Shown here: positions 1 through 12,712 of the stretch, in pieces | Layout of the letters: the number at the start of each line of letters is the position of its first letter | Numbering within the stretch: position 1 is the first letter of the stretch | Assembly: GCF_009914755.1 (NCBI RefSeq) | Contig: NC_060933.1 | Reading direction: 5' to 3' (one strand) | Length of the DNA: 64,000 bases | Source of the DNA: the human T2T-CHM13v2.0 reference genome, Homo sapiens | The notes under the pieces: model-generated | The model's database searches: none | What the model was told of the DNA's origin: nothing | What the model saw: the letters and a program-made list of their open reading frames with translations, nothing else | Program-made: the position numbers and the translations under genes

Positions 1-590
1 GCCACTCTCTCCTCCTGTGCACACATTGATTCTTACATGCAGTGTATGAATTTGTACATCTCTGTGTGTGTGTGTGTGTACTGGGGCTCTGGACATGTCT
101 GTTGGCCCTGCTAGACTGGGCGCTACTAAGTGCCAGGAAAAAGAAGCACTCATTGAATCGCCCCATGTGCTTTCATCTTTGTAGCCCCTGCCCCTGGCAC
201 TGTGCCAGGGTAGTGGCTCCTCTTTCATCTCCAAGGATGGTCTGAGGAGCAGGCTAGTAATGAGCCCTGTGCCATTTAGCATCTTGAGAAGACAAGTTTC
301 ATGTCACTTTAGTTAGATGAACGATCTTCCAAGTTCTACCTGCTGCAGAGCTGACTGCAGCTACTACATCTCTTGCATACTGACCTGGACTGCCACACCT
401 TATATAATAGGAAACATCGAGAAAAAGGAGACTGAGTGTGGGAGTGCCAAGGTGTTCAGAGAAGCGTTCTATTCGAAAACCATACAGATGTGCTGGTTAA
501 AGAAATAACAATAGACAAGGCAGAATCTAGGCACTTTTGCATCTCTATAATTATTAATACAGGAAGTTACAAATCTATGTGTATATCTAA

Positions 591-883
591 TTTTTTCAAT
601 TTTTAATTTTTTCGACAGGATCTTGCTGTTGCCCAGGCTGGAGTGCAGTGGCAACAGCTCACTGCAGCCTCAACCACTCGGGCTCAAGCTATCCACCCAC
701 CTCAGACTCCTGAGTAGCTGGGACTATAGGCACACAACACCACACCTGGCTAGTTTTTAAGTTTGTTGTATAGACAGGATTTCACCATGTTGCCCTGGTT
801 GGTCTCAGACTCCTGAGCTCAAGCATTACCCATCTTGGCCTCCCAAAGTGCTGGGATTACAGGTGTGAACCACTGCACCCAGC
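591..883 (-). mobile_element. AluJ
   Basis: Reverse Alu dimer, diverged, with J-type features (cagctcactgcagcctcaa, gagctcaagc). Confidence 0.9.
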
Positions 884-1254
884 TTTTGGCTTAACTCTTG
901 ATGACACAGACAAGGAAAACAAGATGGGAATACAACAAGAGCATGTGTGTGTGTGTTTGAGAGAGACAGAAAGAGAAGTAGGGAGAGAGAAAGTGTGTTC
1001 ATGGGATAAACAGAATTTTAGCTTTATAACTTAATTATTTGCAATAGGTCTGTACTTTTGAAAAGAAAGAAGCTAGCTATAGTTAAATATCTATAAGATG
1101 CCAGGTGCTTTGGGGTGGTTATACCATTGCATCTGTATAACTCTAAGACAGGGAACTATGACCTCCAATGGACAGAGGAAGAATCCCAGTTTCAGAGCAG
1201 AAGCTATTTGCTCAAGGTAAATGGGTAAGGTACAGAATGCTCAACAGTAACCGC

Positions 1255-1472
1255 TGCTTTTATTAAACAGAGGCCTGCTGTTTGCCAGTCCCAGTGTCTA
1301 CTGCTATACAGATATTATACTTTGTGAAGTAAGATTTGCCATCTCTACTGTATTGATGAGGAAAAACCCTCAGGGAAGGAGAGTACCTTACCAGGTCACA
1401 TAGAAAGCTGCAGGTCTACGGTTTAAACTCAGGTCTATCTGACCGCAAAGGCTTGCTCTTTCTACTACACCA
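1255..1472 (-). mobile_element. MIR
   Basis: gatgaggaaaaaccctcaggga...ccaggtcacataga...aaactcaggtctatctgac resembles the reverse MIR core. Confidence 0.6.
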
Positions 1473-3411
1473 TGTGATTGTAGGTTAAAGCCTCTAAGAT
1501 AGTCTTATGAATATGCAATCGGATAATACTGGCATATATTAATTGACATATATAATTATAGGTGGTTGCAGTCATTCATGAATTTTCAAAATGCCAGATT
1601 TTTTTCTTTATCCAGACTGATGCCAGTTTGAATTATAGGTACAATGGGCAAATACTAGAACAATTATGCCACTGAGAGAGTATGGACACTAGAAATATGG
1701 CAGAGTTTTTTTTTAAGTAGCAGAGTAACAGTTTCAGAGAGGACAGGGTACTTATTCAAGGTCACTGAGATGCAGGATAAAAACTGTTTCCTGGGATGCC
1801 TCTTAAATTCATAAAGGGAATGTATGGTTGAAATAGCAGATCAGAAACATCAGGAAAGACATTTGAGTTGGATCCATCCTTCAAAGCTCTGCAAGACTCT
1901 GCAAGCTGTATTCTAGCACTTGCCCACTGGGTGGAGCCAATGAGCTGTTAAAAAAAAAAACTCGTTTAAATAAACAAATGGCAATGCTAGGTTCCATCGC
2001 TTTCTTCATCAGAGCCCTCCCGCAGGCTAGCAGGGCCAAACACATTCCTTCCTCTCTGAGAGTGTGGCCAAAATAGCTTCTACCCAGGGTGCTCTTTACA
2101 ATGAATTTGCCATTGCTGGAGTTACTGAATGCCCTGTGTATTAAGGCAGGCCACTAAAGAACTCCAAAACGTGTATTAAAAGGCTTCCGCTGAGGTGATG
2201 AGAAGCTTCTGAGAAAGTTCCTGGTGACTGTGCTTGGCTTGTATATGAAGATTTTCAAAAACACCTGAATTTTTCAAAATGTGTTTTTAACAGAAGATCA
2301 AAGTAGAATCTTGGTTGTGGTCACTCGGTTTCATTTGTTTTAAAATAAAGCAGTAATTGATTCTATGAAGTCCCTGGTTCTCCACTGTCAACAAAACAAA
2401 TTCCATCCTCTGAAGCCTGTCAAAGAAAGAGGACCCATCGCCCCCTGCTCACCTCCTGCTGAATTCCCTCCCACTCACCACACCAGCCAGGCAAACTAGA
2501 CTTCTCCAGGTCTCCAACTGGCCAGTTTCTAGTGGTTTCTTTCTTATATCTGGTAAATATTTTCTGCCCTTCTCTGCCTGGCAAATTTTGACATCCTTTA
2601 AGATGCAATTGTCAGCTCCTTTCTTGGGTATCTCCATCACTTTGCACACATTTGCATTCTATCACATTGGAATTCATCATTTCATTTTTGCCTGAATCTG
2701 AGAAGAACATTAATATTTTTTAGTATATTAATGTATGATGCATATTTTATTCAAATTGTATAACAGGATGTATGGTTTGATCCAGTTATTTTGAGAAAAA
2801 ATATAAACAAAAATATGGGTCCAACATGATAAATTTATCTTTGGGTGAATACAATTGTGTATGTTTTCTGTTTCTAATTTTTTTGTCCTTTGCGGAGTCT
2901 GAAGTTTTAGATATTTTTGATATGCATGAATTTTTTTCTAAGAAAACAAGACCGGTTATTTAAAAAACAAAAAGGAAAGTAGACAGAGACTCCAATCTGA
3001 AATCATATTTCACTTTAGAAATGAAGTTAAAATGACATTTGCCTAGTTTTTGTGGGGACGGTGGGGGTGGATGAAATCAGCCTGTCTTTTACATAAGATA
3101 CTCAATTTTTTCTGTTCTGATCTAAACACTTTTTAAATTTAAATCTTCTTTATGTACTTGTTAGCAGTTGGAAGAAGTTCTTGATAGCCATTGAACAAAC
3201 TTCCGTGAACTCTAAGTGTCAAATCTTAGTCTAACCTCAGTGTACCCATTTTTATAACTGGTAGTCAGTGGAGGATAGGGAATAATGATCCAGAGAAGTA
3301 AAATGACTTATTCCAAGTCACACAAATACTCTCTGACTTAGGCAAGACTACAAAGAAATCAACGCTCTCAGTTTACTGCACTACATCATCACACATTTTA
3401 GTAATCTAATA

Positions 3412-3698
3412 TTCTTTTTTTTCTTTTTCTTTTTGAGATGGAGTCTCGCTTTGTTCCCCCAGGCTGGAGCGCAGTGGCGCGATCTCGGCTCACTGCAAGC
3501 TCCACCTCCTGGGGTCACGCCATTCTCCAGCCTCAGCCTCCTGAGTAGCTGGGACTACAGATGCCCGCCACCACGCCCGGCTAATTTTTTGTATTTTTAG
3601 TAGTTAGCCAGGATGGTCTCGATCTCCTGACCTCGTGATCCGCCTGCCTTGGCCTCCCAAATTGCTGGGATTATAGGCATGAGCCACTGCGCCTGGCC
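3412..3698 (-). mobile_element. AluY with ~18-bp internal deletion
   Basis: Y diagnostics (gcaagctcc, cacgccattctcc, ttagccaggatggtctcgatctcctgacctcgtga). The segment agacggggtttcaccgtg is missing near 3603. Confidence 0.92.
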
Positions 3699-4079
3699 CA
3701 AGAAGCTAATTTTCATATGGAACATATGAAGAAGAACACTTGATGTTTACTAGGGGACAGTCATCATGCTTGCACAGCAATTTTAATAAGTTAACTCTAG
3801 GAATTATGAAACAAGCGCCAAAAAGCAGTGACATCATCACAGAGTCATAGGCTGCTGTTATAGCTGGGAGGAAACATGGGTGTCACCTACTCCAACACTT
3901 TAATTTCGGAGATGTGGCAACTCAGACCATCGGAGAGTAAGTGACTTCCCTAATGCGGCAAAACTAATTAGTGGCAGAACTGGACTGCTGGCCTGTGGGC
4001 TCTCTGACTTCACATTGATTCGAAAGAGGCAATTTGTGTACACAGGATTTCTTAGAGCTGGCTTGATGTGCTGCAGGTA

Positions 4080-4575
4080 AAATCTTTATCATCTCATGAT
4101 GCTCCTAAACTCCATTAATGGCTTTCAGTAGTTTTCAAACCAAGTCTCCACTGTAACATACGATGCTGTTCCTGATCTAGACTCTTCTCAGGCACTCAAC
4201 CTCATCCCCCATCGGTGGCCGACGCTCCTTCTCTCCCATGGAACACACAACGATTTCCATACACATGCTCCTCTCTTCCCAGAACACCCTTCTCCCATCG
4301 CCAACACCCTTTAACGCTCTTGACCAGTTGTCATCTCCTTAGGGACACATTCTTCTACCCTCCCACCCTGTCCCCAAGGAATCCTAGGTGCTCCTCTTCC
4401 AGATTCCCTCAGTGCCCATGACACCTTTCACACTGTTGTGCGACCGTTTATCACATTCCTGGTTTCAGCACCAGGCTGCTCTTGAAGAGAGAAAACCTAT
4501 CTGGTATTTGTGTAGACCCTGGTGCTCAAGACCTGGCACATACTAGGTGCTTAAAACATATTAAATTAAACTGAA
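4080..4575 (+). mobile_element. L2 3' fragment
   Basis: Pyrimidine-rich L2-like body ending in cctggcacatactaggtgcttaaaacatatt, typical of the L2 3' end. Confidence 0.6.
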
Positions 4576-4689
4576 ATCCAATGAAAAGGAACACTTATTA
4601 GGTCTACAGACCCAAGTAAAATGAGAGGTGGAAGGAAACACGCATTTCATACCTACGATGGGGAAGGCACTTAGACTTACCTTGTGCAC

Positions 4690-4860
4690 TTTCTCACAAC
4701 TCTATGAACTAGGCATTACTTTTTCTAATTTACAGATGAGGAAAAGGAGGCCCAGAAATTTGAACTAACTTGCCCAAGTTCACCCAGCTAGTCAGTGTAA
4801 CAATAATGATTTAGTGGACTCAAAAACAAAAACAAGCAAACAACATTCTGCTTTCATTAC
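4690..4860 (-). mobile_element. MIR
   Basis: tttacagatgaggaaaaggaggcccaga...aacttgcccaagttcacccagctagt. Confidence 0.7.
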
Positions 4861-5144
4861 TCTGCTGGAGGGAGGAGCAAAAGAAAAGGAGTGAGTCTTT
4901 TTGTTTCTGTTGTAAAATGGATAAGGGGGGGGAAGAGCTACCACAGCAGCATTTCAAAACCCATGTCTTCTTTTAATTACCAGCTTCCTGCTAACTCTGA
5001 GACACCAGGAGAAAGGGGGAGGAAGAAATACTTGAAACAAAAAATAATCAAGGAAGAAAAGCAGTATGAAGAGATGTAGAAGGCTCCGCAGTGTGGTAAG
5101 GAGCAGGAGGACCCTTGGTGCTGGAAACTTTGGAAAAATGACTG

Positions 5145-5328
5145 TTATATACGTGAACTCCTGCCCCTAGTAACCACCATTAAACAGCCAACGGGTTAAA
5201 GCAGGGCAGTGAGCAGTACGCCTCTCTCAGGGCCACATCTGACATTATGTTGTGTACTTCTCACTAACCATTTTAAAGCCGTTGGATGTTTAATGGTGGC
5301 TACTAGGGGGAGGAGTTCACGTATATAA
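5145..5328. repeat. Long inverted repeat (~75-bp arms, 34-nt loop); probable ancient palindromic non-autonomous element
   Basis: 5145-5219 is the reverse complement of 5254-5328. The outer 50 bp match at 47/50. Confidence 0.9.
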
Positions 5329-8109
5329 AGGAAATTGGGCTCTCTAATACAGCACGCCCGCACACGTGTATACTCATGCGTACACACCCCTGAAGTAATG
5401 GAAACAGAACGGAAAGTAGGAGAGATTCATCTCCCCCAGCACCTTTTCCAATCATGCAGCTTCATCAATACATTTTAAAGGTAAAATCAAATGTGATATT
5501 GCTGAAAAGACACGAGGAAAGCTGCGAGTCCCCCGGAAAAGGCCGTCAAAGGGTATTGCACGTTTCACAAAGTGCCTCCCTGCCCATTAATCAGCAGTGC
5601 AGCCTCAGTCCCAGCTACCGGCCCCGTGCCCGAGCTTGGCCCTGTGGCCTGCCGTCAGCCCCATCTCCACTCAGATGGGACATACCTGGAAAAGTGGCTT
5701 GAACTGCAGCAGAAGTACAGAAGCCACATTTCTGGCTGGGCTGGGGGTGGACAGCACCAAAACCCTACAACCGGGAAGAGTTTCATTCCCCACAGCAAGG
5801 CTAAGGCCCTCTAGGGGTAGAGGCCAGGTCAGAAAGAGGGCTTTCTGGAAGCCTTTCGTCTCACAAATTCCACTTCTTAGAGACTTAAAAATCTCCAGAT
5901 TGTACCCATATTTCATTAGTTTCTTCTGTGATGGCTGTGGATTGAGAACACTGACCATCTTGAAAATTCCCTCTCTCATGGCTTTCCCCTGCCCTTCCTG
6001 CCTCCATTCCAAACAGCTGTGCTGGCGAGGTCTATGCCAAGGTTTCACGGCCCCCTCCCAACAGGGTCCTCAGCTCCTGCCAGCACTCACTTCCCTCAGG
6101 CCACATTTCCACACTCAATGTTACACCAACATTTTGCTATTTCCTTATCTCAAGATCTAACCCACTTATAGCAAAAGCAAGTCCCTCTGGACTGGGTAGT
6201 TTTCTTGGAGGAGTGATGAGGATGAGACCAAAGAAAATGAGCTGGCATCAGCAAGGGATTCGGGTTCTCAGCTATACCGTGTGGGCCCATTTGAAATCCT
6301 CTTGGACTGTAGACAGGGACAGCAATCAGTGAGGTTTCTTCTAGTGTCGTGGCGCTATGAGAGGCATGGTGATACTGTTGTCAAAAGAATCCCAAGGCAA
6401 GGGCAGGTGTGCTTTCAGGGGCTGTGGAATCAAAAGAGGCAGTGGTATTGTGGTAAGGCATTCAATGATCAAAATGAAAACCAACTGTTCTCTCTGAATC
6501 GTCCAGTTTGAAGGGCTCAGAATTCCCTGTGGCACCATGCTGCCTGTGGTCCTAGAGGTAACAGCCACATGATTCCAGTATGCACCAAGGCCCAGAAGCA
6601 CCACTCTCTAATGCCTGCTGGTGTCCTCAACAGCACTGGCTGGAAAGGTACTGCTGAAGATCCAGGGAGAAATAAAACTGTTTTCCTGCATCTCCATTTC
6701 CTACTAGATCAAGTCCTCAACTTCCCATGACTTGCAAGGACTTCTGGATCTGCTTCCCGCCCCTGTCTGTGGCCTTGCATACACCTTGCTTCTGTTTATC
6801 TTGCATCTTTGCACACTTGTTCCTTCTGCATGGAGAGCCCTATTTCCTTGTTTCCTCCAGAGCACTCCAGTTCCTCTTTCCCAGCCCTGCTTGGGTGTGG
6901 GTGAAGCTTACAAGCCACGTAGGTGGGAGACAGAGCAATTCCCAGAAAGGGAGCAGAACTCTGGGTGTGATGAAAGAGAGATAGAGGATCCCAGCAGCGC
7001 CCCAGAGCTGGTTGCTAAGAATTTGCCCTGGCAGCTGGCTCTCCTTCAGACGGGGGTGCAGTTCTGCTTTGAAGGCGAGTGTCTGACTTCAAGGAAGACC
7101 CATGAAAAACATCAGGCTGCTTGCTGCAGGGAAATCCCCGGAAAAAGAGAGGAGAGAAAAAAAGAAAAGAAAAACAAACAAGCAAATACAAAACATCCCA
7201 AACAACTCTACAGCCAAGTCCATGTGGCAAAGCGGGAACCGTAGAAGGTGGGAACAACAGCAGGGCAGCTCTTGCCTGGCCTCGGGCACAGGGAGGCCAC
7301 TGTGTCGCTGTCGGGACCACAGCTGTCCAAACGAGGCTGGCTCCCCACTTCCTGTGGTGTTTCTCTTTTAGCTTTCTAGAATCCAAATAGCTGTATGTAT
7401 CAGAGGAAATAACACTGGCCTTTTCCCAAATGCCTTGGCAACTCCAGGGGAAGGACCCCTCCCACCCCGACTCCGGTGGACAGGCAGGTAACTCCACAAG
7501 TGGGGCCTCCTGGGGCATGACTTTCTAAGGAGCCCTCAGTTGCATCCTTGGTGCAGAGTGAGGGTGAGTCCAGGGCTGCTTAATCTGCTTTCCCGGACCA
7601 TTCCCAGCTGTTTGTGTGAGGCTGTGGAGGGAGTGCTGCAAGTTAGGGATCCCTGGGAACCCTCGGGGAGAGTCTCCCTGCCATGCACTCCCCCTAGGCT
7701 CAGGGGACTTCGTTCTTGCCCTCAAGGCCTTTTCTGCAGTGGTCAAGCTGGTGGAGCTTCCTGCCTGGAAGCTTGTTTTCAGAGGAGGGTAAAGGGACCA
7801 GGAGTCAATGGTGGAATCCTTAGGCGAGGTTCAGGCATGAGGCCTAAACATTTTTTTAGGAACTATTTTTTTGTAACGTTGTTGTGTCTGTTTCAGAGCA
7901 TCTGGGAGAGAGAATTCCAGTAGGGGCTGACATCAGCCACCCCAAATTTATTTTGGAACTAGGCTTTATTGGTATAAATAACTTGAGAAGTGAACGAATG
8001 AATGAATGAAGCCGTGCCAGGTCACAAGAGTCAGAGTGAACAAGATGGGGCAGTGATAAGAGAGCCATCATTAACCAAAGTGTCTTGTGTTCCGAATGGA
8101 GTAGTTTCT

Positions 8110-8330
8110 ATCATTTCCTGCACCTTTTCTGTGTGCCAGGCACTGTGCTCAATGCTGGACATCATTTCATTCAATCCTTACATCAGTCTTATGGGGTATG
8201 TGGTATCATTCTTATTTTACAGAGGGGTAATGGAGGTTAAGTACCTCGGCCATGGCCACATCACTAATAATTACCCTGGCCAAGGTTGAAACTTGAAAAC
8301 CCATCCTCCTAACCAGTCTACTATATCCTG
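8110..8330 (-). mobile_element. MIR
   Basis: tgtgtgccaggcactgtgct...tcatttcattcaatcctt...attttacagaggggtaatggaggttaagt. Confidence 0.7.
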
Positions 8331-10474
8331 AGCCATCGTGCTGAATATATCTTCATTCATATCTACATGTGCTGTTTCAGTTGAGTCTCTGAATCAGCGG
8401 CTGTACCACACCAGCATGGGCCACGGGAGTAGGGACTCGGCTGGCAGGACCGTTCCCAGGAGGCCCACAGCCAGGGCTGCTGTTCTTCCTTTGCTAGCAT
8501 CCCAAAGTCTGAATTCTTATAAAGCAGGCAGGGCAGCCAGTCTACAAAAATATTTTTAAAATTTCCCCAACTCTAAGTATATACAGGATCCAACCAGCAC
8601 ACAGGAATTAGAAATGTTCTTTCTGCTCTCTTTTAGGAATGTGGGTGGCAAATAAGCCAAACGAAATAAAAATAGAAACAAGGCAGGCCAGACTTCCCTA
8701 AACCACACAGAACAATATTTATTTGATTAATTCTGTTCCTAAACAACAGCCCACATTACTGACACGGAGGGCGTTTCCACGATGGAGGGGTGCGTGTGTG
8801 TGAATGTGTGCACATATGTGCAGGCTCCCAAGTGCACATATACATATGTATGGCTAGATAAACACACACACTCGCCACCCACGGAGAATATTTATTCATA
8901 CCGATACAAAAATCAAACTGCTCTTCTTTTTCCAAACCCTGCAAACATTAAAAATAAGTCACTTTATGTAAACATATTCAGCCTCCTGATTTACATTGTT
9001 TCTTATAAAGACAGAGCTGCACATTTTTGAAGTTCTCTCATTTAACCACAGGAGATGGGTTACGGACACATGGTGGGTTGCCTCATAGTGCATCGTGAAA
9101 GCAAGAGCATTAATCAAAACTGTTTGTGGTCACTGTATCTCTGCAGATCCCCTCCCTAGAGCCCCGCAGCCCACCCCTCATTCTGCAACTCTGTGCTTTT
9201 TTTTTAGCACCCTGTCTTGCTCTGTGGATCCACCTACCATGTCCTTCCCACCTGTATCAACCTGGCTGATGCACTGATGGGACAGGGGATCCAACCTGAT
9301 TTCTGCTCAGACTGATGCTACCTGTGATCAAAGGAGCCTGTGATTTCTGCTCAAAGCGACACTGAGATCTCTGACATTTGGCTGCTGCTCCCCGCTCCTT
9401 TCCTCCTCTGTTACCCAACTTCTCCAGAGCCCCCATGGAGGTCTGCACAGTTGGCAGGAGTCTGCCTCCCTCCTTCTCATACCCAGCATTTGTCAGCGCA
9501 GCTGGATTGGTTTCTGGCAGATGCTGCTGCTGCCCCTTGTTCTGGGATGAGCAAAGGGTGACTGAGTGCACCCACCCGCTTTGAGGAATGAAACAGATTT
9601 CAGCATGGCCCAATGCCCCCTGTAGGGTTGTGCAGTTCCTTAAAGGCTGGATGCGGGAGGGCAGGGGAAGGAATTCTCACATTTGCTTCTGTCATGTGGC
9701 CTTTCTATCAGGAGTGGGAGGGAAGGCACTGGCCGGTGAAGCAGAGAGTACCGGAAACTCCAGGTTAGGTTGCAGGCACCAGAGTTTTATTTATTCTGAC
9801 AGAAGCTTAATGGGGGCAACTCTTAATGACATGCAAGAAACGCTGAACAAACGGTTTGTCCTTTTGGAGGGAGTATTCTGAACTTTCAGAGCATGGGTCC
9901 CTAAAGGAAGAATTTACCTCCCCTGGGAAAACAAAGGATTCCATAGAAGCCGTTCAGCCTAGCTGAATTCACCACAGGACAGAGCTTGCCATTGCTTAAT
10001 AAGACCTCTATTGTGTGTCTGATGAAAACATATGGGGAATGTGCTTCCTCAGTGAGCCTGTAATTTAGGAAGTCTGTAGTTTCTAAGCAGTCTCACTCCT
10101 TTGGTAGGAACAAAGTGTTATTTTGATGGAGTAAATAGACATGAAACAAAACTAAAATTTTCCTTTTAATACAATGAGATCTCTTGCTAGAAGTTTGACT
10201 ACCACCTATTGAAACATGTTCTCAAGCTCTCACAGAGAGAAATTTGGTCTCGTGAGAGCCTCAGGAGCTGGTCACCACTTTGTGCCCGACTCTGTCACTG
10301 ACTCTCAGGTCTATGGGGTGGCCATTATGCTTCCCCTAGAGAGGAACTGAAACTTGGAAAGGTTAGTGACTTGCCCAAGGTTACATGGTTGATACTTGGC
10401 AGAGCGAGAATTCAAACCAGGATATCATTTGGATCTTATCAACAGGCCTCGGAATCCTATCTTTTTTTCTATAT

Positions 10475-10779
10475 CAGGGACCAGAAAATGACAGTTCATG
10501 GGTCAAATCCAGTCCACACCTGTTTTTGTATGGCCCATAAGCTAAGAGTGGTTTTTACATTTTTTGATAGTTGAAAAAAGAAAGAATATTTTATGACATA
10601 TGATTATTTTATGAAATTCAAATTTCCATGTCCATAAACAAGTTTTATTGGAGTAAGCCACACCCATTTATGGATGAATGCCTGTGGCTGCTTCTGCACT
10701 TCCATGGCAGAGCTGAGCGACTGGGACAGAGCCCGGCATTTAGCATGGGGGTCTTTTCAGAAAAGCTGGCTGACCTCGC
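10475..10779 (+). mobile_element. MER58B (hAT-Charlie)
   Basis: cctgtttttgtatggcccataagctaagagtggtttttaca...aaattcaaatttccatgtccataaacaagttttattgga matches MER58B as recalled. Confidence 0.85.
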
Positions 10780-11020
10780 GTCGCACCATGCCAATACCAT
10801 GACCAGTGAGACTCTCTAGTTTTGACCCACATGGTTATAAATGGATCCCCAAGCTGCCTTTCCAAAACTGACCTGGCAATAAATAGTCCAATATTTATTT
10901 AATCTATAAATAGTCCAGTCTTCTGTCTTGGGAGAACAATGATGTTACATCAGTAGAAAAACGCTTCTAAAACAAGAGTGGAGTGAACTCTACATGCCTA
11001 TAGTCCCTTAGAACTAAACC

Positions 11021-12093
11021 CCTCTCCCTCCCCCTCCCCCTCCGTCTCCCTTTCCCTCGTCTCCCTCTCCCTCTCCCCGGTCTCCCTCTGATGCCACCAA
11101 AGTTGTGAAAGCCAAGGCTGGACTGTACTGCCGCCATCTTGGCTCACTGCAACCTCCCTGCCTGATTCTCCTGCCTCAGCCTGCAGAGTGCCTGGGATTG
11201 CAGGCGCGCGCCGCCACACCTGACTGGTTTTTGCATTTTTTGGTGGAGACGGGGTTTCGCCTTGTTGGCCGGGCTGGTCTCCAGCTCCTGACCACGAGCG
11301 ATCTGCCTGCCTCGGCCTCCCGAGGTGCCGGGATTGCAGATGGAGTCTCGCTCACTCAGTGCTCAATGTTGCCCAGGCTGGAGTGCAGTGGCCTGATCTC
11401 CGCTCGCTACAACCTCCACCTCCCAGCCGCCTGCCTTGGCCTCCCAAAGTGCCGAGATTGCAGCCTCTGCCCGGCCGCCACCCCGTCTGGGAAGTGAGGA
11501 GCGTCTCTGCCTGGCCACCCATCGTCTGGGAAGTGAGGAGCCCCTCTGCCCGGCCGCCACCCCGTCTGGGAGGTATACCCAACAGCTCATTGAGAACGGG
11601 CCATGATGACGATGGTGGTTTTGTAGAATAGAAAAGGGGGAAATGTGGGGAAAAGAGATCAGATTGTTACTGTGTCGGTGTAGAAAGAAGTAGACATGGG
11701 AGACTCCATTTTGTTCTGTACTAAGAAAAATTCTTCTGCCTTGGGATGCTGTTAATCTATAACTTTACCCCCAACCCCGTGCTCTCTGAAACATGTGCTG
11801 TGTCCACTCAGGGTTAAATGGATTAAGGGTGGTGCAAGATGTGCTTTGTTAAACAGATGCTTGAAAGCAGCATGCTCCTTAAGAGTCATCACCACTCCCT
11901 AATCTCAAGTACCCAGGGACACAAACACTGCGGAAGGCCGCGGGGTCCTCTGTCTAGGAAAACCAGAGACCCTTGTTCACATGTTTATCTGCTGACCTTC
12001 CCTCCACTATTGTCCTATGACCCTGCCAAATCCCCCTCTCCGAGAAACACCCAAGAATGCTCAATAAATACTAAAAAAAAAAAAAAAAAAAAA
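11021..12093 (+). mobile_element. SVA retrotransposon (older B/C-like subfamily) with all domains present but a very short VNTR
   Basis: CCCTCT-type head 11021-11088; antisense Alu-like domain to ~11460; VNTR 11463-11574; SINE-R (HERV-K LTR derived) to AATAAA 12063-12068 and poly(A). TSD AGAACTAAACC at 11010-11020 and 12094-12104, with a TT/AGAA L1-endonuclease site. Confidence 0.97.
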
Positions 12094-12554
12094 AGAACTA
12101 AACCTCTTTGGCTTTCAGAGTATGAGAGGAGACAAGTCCTTTTCTTTCCTTATTCTCAGACTCCCAGTGAATGATCCATGAAAACAATATGAATTTTACA
12201 TACAGGAAATGTACTTAATAAGGCAAAAGCATTTTTACTGTTAGGGCTCCTTCCTCACCTGTTCGTCTTTTATTATGAGGCTGGAATTTTAGCCTTTTTT
12301 TTTTTTTTTTTTTAGCAGTACAGGGCATTTTATGCTACTGTTGTTACACTGCGGTTTGCTCTCAATATAAGAGGGAAATTGTGGAATGCATTGAAAATTG
12401 GTAGCAGCACTGGTTCAGTTCAAGAGAAATAAAGCAAGATATCCTTTTACTTCACGTAATTTTTGTTCCCCATCCTGGCCTCACTTGCAAATCCTAAAGA
12501 CCCAATTCATATGTGAAGAAACAACAACAAAAACAAAAGCCATAGGTACCAAGA

Positions 12555-12712
12555 TACAGAGTTTGAAGCTAGATAGATGATGGTAATGGTTGCATGACAA
12601 TGTGAGTGCATTTAATGCCACTGAACTGTACACTTAAAAATAGTTAAGACACTAAATTTCCTTATGTGTATTTTACCACAATTAAAAAAATTTAGAAAGG
12701 AAAAAAAAAACA
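12555..12712 (+). mobile_element. L1MB-type 3' end
   Basis: gatggtaatggttgcatgacaatgtgagtgcatttaatgccactgaactgtacacttaaaaatagttaag...ttttaccacaattaaaaaaa. Confidence 0.8.

Noticed and set aside
6300-6700. Possible LTR-like segment ending in AATAAA at ~6670
   Set aside because: No recognisable LTR termini or family match; unsupported.
5597-7518. Longest ORFs in the track (187, 170 and 167 aa)
   Set aside because: No recognisable domains, overlapping on both strands, no convincing splice structure; consistent with chance ORFs in GC-richer intron sequence.
10998-12174. Cluster of ORFs at 11-12 kb
   Set aside because: All derive from the SVA (Alu-like, VNTR and SINE-R) sequence.
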